Origin: an uncultured Desulfurococcaceae archaeon
Lineage (GTDB): Archaea > Thermoproteota > Thermoprotei_A > Sulfolobales > NBVN01
Length of the DNA: 24,000 bases
Direction of reading: 5' to 3'
Assembly: GCA_964404265.1 (NCBI GenBank)
Contig: CAYOJG010000005.1
Coordinates: 33,668 to 57,667, forward strand
The notes beneath the pieces were generated by a model. That model had not been told where the DNA came from and ran no database searches. It saw only the letters and a list, made by a program, of their open reading frames with translations. Each line of letters begins with the position of its first letter. Within the stretch, counting starts at the first letter, position 1. Positions 16,839 through 24,000 of this stretch are shown piece by piece. The position numbers and the translations under genes are program-made.

Positions 16839-17117
16839 CTACCTCCTCGTGGAGAGCTTCCTTGCCTCCCTCTCAGTCTCCCTGAGAATCACTATGTCGC
16901 CGACCCTTACAGGGCCCTTAATGTTCCTGGCGATGATCCTTCCCTTATCCCTTCCTTCAAGAACCCTTACCCTGACCTGGGTTATCTCCCCAGTGACCCC
17001 GGTTCTTCCAACAACCTGAATAACCTCTGCCGGGAAACCGAACTCCTCAATAATGTTCACGTCCGGCTGACTCACATCCACCTTCTTACCGCTTTCCTCA
17101 CTCACTACCGACACCAC
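16839..17117 (-). CDS. rps28e: 30S ribosomal protein S28e
   Basis: 92 aa. [60 protein letters not shown]. Confidence 0.96.
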   Translation of the reverse strand: MVSVVSEESGKKVDVSQPDVNIIEEFGFPAEVIQVVGRTGVTGEITQVRVRVLEGRDKGRIIARNIKGPVRVGDIVILRETEREARKLSTRR

Positions 17118-17180
17118 TCAACTAAGGGTTAACTACTTAAAAGGATTATTATAGATATCTAGAAAAGATATGTATTAAAA

Positions 17181-17197
17181 ACGGGTTTTTCTCCCGT
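17181..17197 (-). terminator. Possible hairpin plus U-tract terminator downstream of rpl7ae
   Basis: Minus strand ACGGG-AGAAAAA-CCCGT followed by TTTTTAAT; 5-bp stem immediately after the rpl7ae stop region. Confidence 0.3.
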
Positions 17198-17217
17198 GTT
17201 ATTGTTTTGAGTCTCCC

Positions 17218-17625
17218 TTAACCCTGAGTCTTCAGGTCCTGGTAGGCCTTATTCAGCTCCTCGAGGAGCTCTCTGGCCTCGCCTTCCTCAACGATCGCTA
17301 CCGCCGCAGCAGCTACCTCAATACCGGCTGCCTCGCCAAGCCTCTTCTTGCTGGGGACGTACAGGTAAGGCACCTTCTTCTCCTCGCAGAGGAGAGGCAG
17401 ATGCATCACGACCTCAGGCGGGTCAACGTCCTCAGCGATCAGCACCAGCTTAGCGATGCCTCTCTCAACAGCCTTAGTTGTTTCATTGGTTCCTTTCCTA
17501 ACCTTGCCTCCAGTCTCTCTAGCCTTCTTAACGGCTTCATAAGCCTTCTCAGCTATTTCGGGAGGTACTTCAAACCTTACATATGGGGGTTTGCTCATTC
17601 TCATCCACCTCGTCGTCGCAATCAA
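17218..17625 (-). CDS. rpl7ae: 50S ribosomal protein L7Ae (kink-turn-binding)
   Basis: 135 aa. [59 protein letters not shown]. Confidence 0.97.
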   Translation of the reverse strand: MIATTRWMRMSKPPYVRFEVPPEIAEKAYEAVKKARETGGKVRKGTNETTKAVERGIAKLVLIAEDVDPPEVVMHLPLLCEEKKVPYLYVPSKKRLGEAAGIEVAAAAVAIVEEGEARELLEELNKAYQDLKTQG

Positions 17626-17668
17626 TACTTAACCAACGCTTTAAAAAGCGTTACCTACTGAAGGAAAC

Positions 17669-19444
17669 CTACTCATGGATGAATACAGCCTTAACAGGCT
17701 TCCCGGGCTCCTGAATCTTGATGAAGCCGAACCTGACGAGCTGCGCCTTCTCACCCTTCTCCAGCATGCCTAGTTCAGGCTCCGCCACAGCCTTAATGGT
17801 TCTCAACTCAAGCTCCTCAGGAACGACTATCTCTGCCTCAATACTTCCTTCCCTAGGGACCCACTGCACGATGCTGTATCCCTTCTCCCTCGCGTCGTTG
17901 AGTGATGTGCCTGCGTAAACCCCTTCAGCCACATCCCTGCTGACATCCTCAATCTGGACGTTGCAGAACTCCATGAGCCTCATCCCTCCTTTCCTAGTAG
18001 CTTTCTCCAGATCCTGCGCCTCTACATAGACCTCGAGAACACCGTTGTTCGGGGTTAGCTTAATCGTTCTCTTCCCTAACTCCTGATTATCGGGATGGTT
18101 AGGTATAGTTACTTCGGCAGGCCCCCCGTACTCATTAATACGTAGGAGGACAGGCTTCGTTACTGCCATAAGCCTCTTCGTTTTAGGGTCTATGAGCTTC
18201 CTGTTCGCGGCCGCTATGTTGTCCCAGCTCACCACCGCGTCGGTGGACTTAGCCCCCACATCCATAATTATCTGCCTTATCGCCTCAGCCTCTATTCCTC
18301 TGTTTCTGAGTGAGGCTATAGTCCCGAACCTTATGTCGTCAGGGCCGCTGAACCTTCCGGGGTTCTCTGACATTATTTTCTTGATCTGTGACTTGCTGAG
18401 TATTAGACCTTCGAGCTTGAGCCTGCCTAAATTAATTACTTCAGGGTATTCCCAGCCCATATGGGCGTATAGGTAGGACTGCTTAACCGTGTTTATGGAG
18501 TGTTCCTTACCTCTAAGTATGTGGGTTACTTGGAGTAGGTGGTCGTCAACACCTGCCGCGAAGTTATATGTCGGCCAGGCCGCATATCTGGAACCTACTA
18601 TCGGGTGCGGGTTTTTGTCAGTATCTATTATTCTGAAGGCTACCCAGTCAATCACCGACGGGTCCTTATGGGTGATTTCCGTCTTAACCCTTAGGACCGC
18701 CTCCCCCTCACCGAAGTGTCCGTTAATCATTTTCTCGAAGAGCTCCAGGTTCCTCTCGATTTCCTGGTTCCTGTGCGGGCATGGCTTCCTAGCCAGTTTA
18801 TATGTCCTGAACTCCTCCTGAGTGCAGAGATCTACGTAAGCCCCTCCCCTCCTAATAAGCTCCTTAGCCATGTCGTAGTATATCCCCATCCTTAGGGACT
18901 GGATGTATTCCTCCTGCCACTCAACGCCGAGCCATCTTAGATCCTCCTTGATGAGTTTGTAGGCTTCAGGCATGGGAGGCTTGGTCTTAGGGTCTGTGTC
19001 CTCGAAGCGCAGAATCATGACCCCTTCATACATCTTTGCGTATTCGTGGCTAAGTATGGCGGGCCTTGCGTTACCTAGATGTATTAGGAAGTCCGGGTTG
19101 GGGGCGAACCTTGTCCTTACCTTCCCCCACTTATCCACGTTAGGCAGTGGCGGCAGGCCCTTCCTCTCCTCCTTAGCCTCCTTCCGCTGCAGTAGCTCGG
19201 GATACTCTTTCTCGAGAATCCTCTGCTGCTCCTCCAGAGGGATTGAGTTAACCTCCTTCACGGCCTCGGCAGCCGCCCTAGCCACGTCCTTAGCCCTAGT
19301 CCTCAGCTCGGGATGTCTGCCGAGAACCTTACTTATGACGGGGCCGGGAACTGCCTTACCTCCGTGCTCCACAGCGTTGAGGAGGGCGTAGCCCCTTAAC
19401 TCCCTCAGAACCTCCTCAGGCAGGGGCTCTTCACCCATAATCAC
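17669..19444 (-). CDS. gltX: Glutamyl-tRNA synthetase (archaeal type)
   Basis: 591 aa. RFAPNPDFLIHLGNARPAILSHEYA (HIGH region), LEGLILSKSQIKK (KMSKS region), RFEDTDPKTK. Confidence 0.95.
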   Translation of the reverse strand: MIMGEEPLPEEVLRELRGYALLNAVEHGGKAVPGPVISKVLGRHPELRTRAKDVARAAAEAVKEVNSIPLEEQQRILEKEYPELLQRKEAKEERKGLPPLPNVDKWGKVRTRFAPNPDFLIHLGNARPAILSHEYAKMYEGVMILRFEDTDPKTKPPMPEAYKLIKEDLRWLGVEWQEEYIQSLRMGIYYDMAKELIRRGGAYVDLCTQEEFRTYKLARKPCPHRNQEIERNLELFEKMINGHFGEGEAVLRVKTEITHKDPSVIDWVAFRIIDTDKNPHPIVGSRYAAWPTYNFAAGVDDHLLQVTHILRGKEHSINTVKQSYLYAHMGWEYPEVINLGRLKLEGLILSKSQIKKIMSENPGRFSGPDDIRFGTIASLRNRGIEAEAIRQIIMDVGAKSTDAVVSWDNIAAANRKLIDPKTKRLMAVTKPVLLRINEYGGPAEVTIPNHPDNQELGKRTIKLTPNNGVLEVYVEAQDLEKATRKGGMRLMEFCNVQIEDVSRDVAEGVYAGTSLNDAREKGYSIVQWVPREGSIEAEIVVPEELELRTIKAVAEPELGMLEKGEKAQLVRFGFIKIQEPGKPVKAVFIHE

Positions 19445-19869
19445 CGCCTCCTTACATACACCCTGTAGTGATCCTCCCTTTCTCCGAGGACTTCCTCAAT
19501 AAGAACTATTTCTCCCTGAGCGTATGTTTTAAGGGTTTTTCCCTCACCCTTCCCCGATATTGTGTAACCTATCTTCTCCCACTTCTTCACGTAGTCCCCC
19601 TCATCCTTCGTTATGTATACTTCTGCACCCTTGAATTCGAGGACAGCCACCTCCTCACCCTCCTTCACTGTAACGCATTTCCCGTTCCTTCTGTTACACA
19701 CCTTAACGGTTTTCCTTGCCTTACCCTCAATAAGTAGGGGAGGTATCTCCCTGCACTCAACCTTCCTTTCCCGACCGGCCTCAACTATGAAGCAGTCTGT
19801 GGGGAGGTACCCCTTCCTTATTTCTTTGAGGTCTTCCTTAACCTTCCTAGTTGCTTTACCTTTCTCCAT
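19441..19869 (-). CDS. Conserved archaeal protein with biotinyl/lipoyl-like C-terminal segment, tentatively DUF2118-like
   Basis: 142 aa. GYLPTDCFIVEAGRERKVE... plus lipoyl-like KDEGDYVKKWEKIGYTISGKGEGKTLKTYAQGEIVLIEE. It overlaps the gltX start by 4 nt. Confidence 0.55.
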   Translation of the reverse strand: MEKGKATRKVKEDLKEIRKGYLPTDCFIVEAGRERKVECREIPPLLIEGKARKTVKVCNRRNGKCVTVKEGEEVAVLEFKGAEVYITKDEGDYVKKWEKIGYTISGKGEGKTLKTYAQGEIVLIEEVLGEREDHYRVYVRRR

Positions 19870-19870
19870 C

Positions 19871-20884
19871 TCAGTACTTCCTCTGCGTTATGTATTTGGC
19901 CAAGTCCCTGAGGAGCTTCTTAGCGTCCTCATCAATAACCTGCGTTGCTTCAAGGGCTCCTAGACCGTCCTCAATGTATCTCTCAGCGAGCTCGTCAGCG
20001 TACTCGACGGCCCCCGTGGATTTTATGAGTTCCGCGGCAGCGGCAAGTTCCTCCTTACTCGCCTCCCTGTTCCCTAAGGCCTTAAGCAGCCTGTCCTTCC
20101 CGGGGTCGTCAAGCCTGCTTAGGGCGTATATAACGAGTATCGTTTTCTTACCTTCCCTTAGGTCGCTATACACAGGCTTTCCGAGAACTTTCTCATCACC
20201 TACGAGCCCTAGGATATCGTCCCTTATCTGGAACGCTATACCTATGCATCCAGCGTACTTGCTAAGCTTCTGGATCTCCTCATCCGCCGCCCCTGCGAGA
20301 GTGGCCCCTATAACTAGGCTTGATTTGAAGAGGGCTGCTGTCTTCTTGAATATCATGTCTATGTATTCCTCAACGGTGACGTCCTCCCTCTTCTCGAAGT
20401 CCATATCCATTGCCTGACCTTCAGCGACAGTTACTGCTGCCCAGTCAAGCTCCTTCATCGCCTTAAGCAGTAGTTCAGGAACCACGTCACCTTCAAGCCT
20501 TCCAAGGGCCTCGAACGCCTTCGCGAATAGGAGGTCTCCGGCAAGGATGGCTGAGTCGACACCATACACCACATGTACTGTGGGGACACCCCTCCTCATA
20601 GTGTCCTTATCCATTATGTCGTCATGTACGAGGGTGAAGTTATGGAGAAGCTCTACGGAAGCCCCCGCCCTGATCCCCAGCTCTTCGGGGAGGCCGTACA
20701 TCCTTCCCGCAAGAACTGTTGCTAGCGGGCGGAGCCTCTTACCTCCCGCCTTGATGAGGTGGGCCGACGCGTCGTACAGCTCCTTCGGCTCACCGGTAAG
20801 TATCTCCGCAATAACCCTATCGACCTCCTTAGCGACGCTTTTCGCGTAGTTAAGGAGCTCACTGAATTCCTCCACTGAATCCAC
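19871..20884 (-). CDS. idsA: Polyprenyl diphosphate synthase, probably geranylgeranyl diphosphate synthase
   Basis: 337 aa. FARM LLHNFTLVHDDIMDKDTMRRG and SARM FQIRDDILG. Phe at -5 to the FARM fits type I archaeal GGPPS. Confidence 0.9.
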   Translation of the reverse strand: MDSVEEFSELLNYAKSVAKEVDRVIAEILTGEPKELYDASAHLIKAGGKRLRPLATVLAGRMYGLPEELGIRAGASVELLHNFTLVHDDIMDKDTMRRGVPTVHVVYGVDSAILAGDLLFAKAFEALGRLEGDVVPELLLKAMKELDWAAVTVAEGQAMDMDFEKREDVTVEEYIDMIFKKTAALFKSSLVIGATLAGAADEEIQKLSKYAGCIGIAFQIRDDILGLVGDEKVLGKPVYSDLREGKKTILVIYALSRLDDPGKDRLLKALGNREASKEELAAAAELIKSTGAVEYADELAERYIEDGLGALEATQVIDEDAKKLLRDLAKYITQRKY

Positions 20885-20906
20885 CGATTTTGTTAATCAA
20901 TCTCCT

Positions 20907-22004
20907 TTATAAGCAGGGACTTTTCTCGCCTGGGAGGACGAGGTTCCTTGCCTCAACCCACTGCTTGAGAAGGGATGTGAGTATGACGGGCCTCTCCCTC
21001 AACTCATCCACGTTTCTCGCGCCGGCCATCATTAACGCCATCCTTAAGGCCTGAATGAATCCTTCAGTGAACTCCTTCAGAGTCCCTTTCTCGTACGCAA
21101 CAAGGAACGGCCTAGCCATCCCTACGAGTGAGGCCCCTAATCTCAGAAGCTTAACGGCGTCGTGGGCCGTCCTCACGCCTCCTGACCCTATGATTACTGC
21201 GTGGGGGGCCGCGTTCCATACCTCAATAACTGAGGCCGCTGTAGGTATCCCCCAATCGAGTAGGTTGGTTGCGACAGCTTCCTTGACAGCGTCACCCGAC
21301 TCCCTCGCCCTATACTTCTCTACGAGTACCCAGTTAGTTCCTCCGGAGCCTTGCGTGTCGAAGTGGTTTATTCCTCCCTTAGCGAAGGATAGCGCGACCT
21401 CGTAGGACAGGCCGTTACCCACCTCCTTAATTATTATGGGTACTTGAAGCCTGTCCTTAAGCTCCAGCACCCTGCTAAGTATTCCTTTGAATGAGGGTGT
21501 TCCTTCGGGCTGTGCAGCCTCCTGCGCGAGGTTCAGATGTATAGCCAGCGCGTCCGCCTCAATCATGCTTACTGAGGCCTCAACCTTCTCGGTAGGGTAC
21601 TTCATCACTTCGGCCGCCCCTATATTACCTATTATTGGGGCTTCAGGCGCCTCCTCCCTAACAACTCTGTAGGTGTATGAGAGGGAAGGGTTTTCTAGGG
21701 CAGCCCTCTGGCTACCCACACCCATCGCTAGGCCGAACTCCCTCGCCACTGCTGCGAGAGCCCTGTTAATCCTCTCTGTTCCGGGGGCCCCGCCCGTCAT
21801 CCCTGAAATAACTATGGGTGCCTTAATCCTCTTACCCAGGAACTCAGTGTCGAGCTTCACGTCCTCAGGCCCTACTCCGGGGGCTGCCTGATGAGGTATG
21901 AAGACATACTCAAGCATTGTTGTTAGAGGACCCTCCACATCCTTCTCTAGAACTATTCTCAGGTGGTCGAGCTTCCTCTCCTGGTTCGCGTCCTTCAGAA
22001 CCAT
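20907..22004 (-). CDS. fni: Isopentenyl-diphosphate delta-isomerase type 2 (FMN-dependent)
   Basis: 365 aa. RKLDHLRIVLEKDV, PIVISGMTGG, GVGSQRAALENP, GTGGTNW-like GTQGSGGTNWVLVE, and IGSGGVRTAHDAVKLLRLGASLVGMARPFL. Confidence 0.95.
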   Translation of the reverse strand: MVLKDANQERKLDHLRIVLEKDVEGPLTTMLEYVFIPHQAAPGVGPEDVKLDTEFLGKRIKAPIVISGMTGGAPGTERINRALAAVAREFGLAMGVGSQRAALENPSLSYTYRVVREEAPEAPIIGNIGAAEVMKYPTEKVEASVSMIEADALAIHLNLAQEAAQPEGTPSFKGILSRVLELKDRLQVPIIIKEVGNGLSYEVALSFAKGGINHFDTQGSGGTNWVLVEKYRARESGDAVKEAVATNLLDWGIPTAASVIEVWNAAPHAVIIGSGGVRTAHDAVKLLRLGASLVGMARPFLVAYEKGTLKEFTEGFIQALRMALMMAGARNVDELRERPVILTSLLKQWVEARNLVLPGEKSPCL

Positions 22005-22783
22005 ACCACAGTACCTCCTACGTTTCCTTTGAGGGCGTTAAATAAGTTGTTAGGGACCCTCCCGCTTATGACGGACACCTTAACGCCCTCAACACCTAGG
22101 TCCAGTCCTATCTTCAGCTTCTCAAGCATTGCCCCAGTAACGCTCACACCTCCTCCACTGAATGAGGCCTCCTCCACAATTCTGCGGGCTTCAGCCTCCT
22201 TAATGAGTTCAGCATCGCTGAATCTCTTAGGGTCCTTACTGTAGATTCCCTCAACATCGGTGACGAATATTATCTCCCCTCCACCGGCCTGGAGAAGGAT
22301 TAGCCAGGTGAGGAGGTCACCAGAAATAACTTCGTACTTTCCCGCCCCTTCATTAAGTATGACGTCCCCGAAAGTCACTGGGGTTAGGCCGGAGTTAAGA
22401 AGCTTTATTAGTGGTGTTAGGTCGCATGCTGTCCCTTCAGAGTCTCTGAAGCATACGGCTCTCGGAGGAATCGAGACTGCCGGGACCCCGCTGCTGAGGA
22501 GTGCCTCCATGACGTAGTTGTTCAGCTGGAGCATGTGGTGAGCTACCCTAGAGTAGCATCCCGTATCCATCCCTCCGTAGGTTTCGAGGCATTCCTTAAC
22601 TAGGGGATGGCCGAAGGACCCGCCTCCATGCACAACCGCTACAGGCCCGGTATCCCCCAACTTAAGGTATTTCCCTATCTCCTCAGCGAGCCTCAGCAGC
22701 GTCGGCGCGTCTATGTCGAGGGGGCTTTCCTTAGGGGCTATTACAGAGCCTCCCAGCTTAACTATCTTCAGCCCTGCCCCCAA
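21995..22783 (-). CDS. ipk: Isopentenyl phosphate kinase
   Basis: 262 aa. AAK-family IVKLGGSVIAPKE, VVHGGGSFGHPLVKE, VTDVEGIYSKDPK, VSGRVPNNLFNALKG. Confidence 0.92.
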   Translation of the reverse strand: MGAGLKIVKLGGSVIAPKESPLDIDAPTLLRLAEEIGKYLKLGDTGPVAVVHGGGSFGHPLVKECLETYGGMDTGCYSRVAHHMLQLNNYVMEALLSSGVPAVSIPPRAVCFRDSEGTACDLTPLIKLLNSGLTPVTFGDVILNEGAGKYEVISGDLLTWLILLQAGGGEIIFVTDVEGIYSKDPKRFSDAELIKEAEARRIVEEASFSGGGVSVTGAMLEKLKIGLDLGVEGVKVSVISGRVPNNLFNALKGNVGGTVVWF

Positions 22784-23540
22784 CTAGCTCAACCTCCAGG
22801 AGGTCTGCATGGGTCAGGGACTTGACGACGGCGAAGCATTTCCCTTCCTCCCGAGGTAGGGGGATTCCGTAGATCAGGTGCCATATAGAGTTGCTTAGCC
22901 TTAAGGCCCTCCTGAACTCCTTATCTTTCGCTGAGAGGGTTCTGAACCCCTCTATAGCAGCTATCCCTGCCAGATGAGTAACGACGTCGGGATCGAGGGG
23001 CTCGACATAGTTCAGCTCCGCTGTACCCACAACCTCCGTCTGCGCTACGACGTGGCTAGTGAGCTCTATCTCCCCCTCACCCCTCCTCCATATGTAGGGC
23101 TTCGCGTGGAACACATGCTTCCTCAACGCATACACGGAATCATCCACACCAACCTCAGCATCAACAACTTCGGCAGCGGTAACTATCCTTCTGTCGAGCG
23201 GTCCTCCCATGGATTCAAGCATTGCGTTAGTTAGGGCTACATACATGAATGTCTCGTTAAGTTTCCCGCTGTGCTGTATGGAGAGCCTCATGAGGGCTGT
23301 TGAAGCCGTCTCCTTCCTTAATGTGTGGTAGAATGAAGCCACCGCTGCAACAACCTCGTCACTCACGTCCCCCTCAATCTCTATTCCTCCGCCGTCACCC
23401 TCGATCGATGCTTCCACAATAACCCTCTCCCCTGTTGGGACGACGAGAACCGGGTTGCTCCGGTTGGGGATCGGGACATATATTAGAGGGATCCATTCGG
23501 TCAGCTCCTTCTTAACCTTGTACATGCCGTTCTTCCTCAC
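22758..23540 (-). CDS. Divergent GHMP-kinase-like protein in the mevalonate kinase locus; catalytic competence doubtful
   Basis: 260 aa. The general pattern of mevalonate kinase (ERVIVEASIEGDGGGIEIEG; TAAEVVDAEVGVDDSVYALRKHVFHAKPYIWRRG; VVAQTEVVGTAELNYV) but no PxxxGLGSSAA or GAGGGG motif. It overlaps ipk by 26 nt. Confidence 0.45.
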   Translation of the reverse strand: MRKNGMYKVKKELTEWIPLIYVPIPNRSNPVLVVPTGERVIVEASIEGDGGGIEIEGDVSDEVVAAVASFYHTLRKETASTALMRLSIQHSGKLNETFMYVALTNAMLESMGGPLDRRIVTAAEVVDAEVGVDDSVYALRKHVFHAKPYIWRRGEGEIELTSHVVAQTEVVGTAELNYVEPLDPDVVTHLAGIAAIEGFRTLSAKDKEFRRALRLSNSIWHLIYGIPLPREEGKCFAVVKSLTHADLLEVELVGGRAEDS

Positions 23541-23574
23541 TGGGAACTTTATGCGTCAGGAGGTAATAACTAGG

Positions 23575-24000
23575 TCAGTACACCCGTACGGCTGCATAGC
23601 CCACGACCCACGCCCTCTCGCCGGTCACGTCCCCTGAGGTGGCGTACTTCAGTACCTCCGCCCCTTCACCCCCGTTCTCTTTAGCGTAGTATAGGAGCGT
23701 CATCACCGGGCCGTAACCACACATCGATATGTCTTTCTCGATAACTATTTTGTATAGGCCTTCAGGATCCATGGAAGTTATTTTCTCTAGGGCTTCCCTA
23801 TCCTTCCTCACAGCGATCTCGTGGGGTTCGTAGTGGCTCATGTCTGAGGACGCTATTATGGTTACGTCTCTCCCGAGCTTCTTCACGGCCTCAGTAATCG
23901 CTTTCGCGAGGTCCTTAGATGTTTCCGGGGCCTGATACATCACAGTTATCGGCACTATGGTTACTTCGCTGAAGAGGTATTGGAGGAACGGTATCTGTAC
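23575..24000 (-). CDS. MEMO family (AmmeMemoRadiSam-B/MEMO1-like) protein, 5' end beyond window
   Basis: The frame continues upstream of the called start to the edge as VQIPFLQYLFSEVTIVPITVMYQ. It has the MEMO signatures VTIIASSDMSHYEP, MCGYGPVMTLL and KYATSGDVTGERAWVVGYAA. Confidence 0.93.
   Translation of the reverse strand, partial: VQIPFLQYLFSEVTIVPITVMYQAPETSKDLAKAITEAVKKLGRDVTIIASSDMSHYEPHEIAVRKDREALEKITSMDPEGLYKIVIEKDISMCGYGPVMTLLYYAKENGGEGAEVLKYATSGDVTGERAWVVGYAAVRVY

Noticed and set aside
17152-17161. 10-bp palindrome TAGATATCTA upstream of rps28e
   Set aside because: It is short and AT-rich in an AT-rich spacer, so chance occurrence is likely.
18972-19391. 139-aa plus-strand ORF antisense to gltX
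   Set aside because: It lies opposite the conserved GluRS N-terminal region and has shadow-ORF composition.
19851-20417. 188-aa plus-strand ORF antisense to the GGPP synthase gene
   Set aside because: It is a Ser-rich shadow ORF opposite a clearly conserved coding region, with no recognisable domain.
1-24000. CRISPR arrays, transposases, integrases, toxin-antitoxin or defence modules
   Set aside because: I saw no regularly spaced repeats, no terminal inverted repeats and no defence-type domains. The window is almost entirely housekeeping genes.

Overview
This is a dense archaeal window, probably from a thermophilic crenarchaeote-like (TACK) organism, inferred from protein motifs. I see no rRNA, tRNA, CRISPR array or transposon. 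Recognisable genes are tmcA, cdc48-type AAA ATPase, argS, an nreA-like DNA repair gene, feoB, a class-I release factor homologue (aRF1), infB/aIF5B with an in-frame intein, a minus-strand rpl7ae-rps28e-rpl24e-ndk cluster, and a minus-strand isoprenoid operon (MEMO, divergent GHMP-kinase-like protein, isopentenyl phosphate kinase, type 2 IDI, GGPP synthase, small conserved protein, gltX). The most striking observations are: (1) the aRF1 has GGW instead of the catalytic GGQ; (2) the aIF5B intein splits the GTPase P-loop and its LAGLIDADG endonuclease blocks look decayed; (3) the gene in the usual mevalonate kinase slot resembles a GHMP kinase without recognisable phosphate-binding motifs; (4) a perfect dyad TTTAGA-TAAG-TCTAAA, like a DtxR/MntR box, lies in the feoB promoter; (5) a perfect 9-bp inverted repeat with a GUGA tetraloop lies just upstream of a small Cys-containing gene; (6) a 55-bp exact repeat links the two AAA domains of cdc48; (7) the nreA reading frame excludes the first zinc-finger Cys unless a non-canonical start is used. 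No multi-gene novel defence or mobile system is evident.
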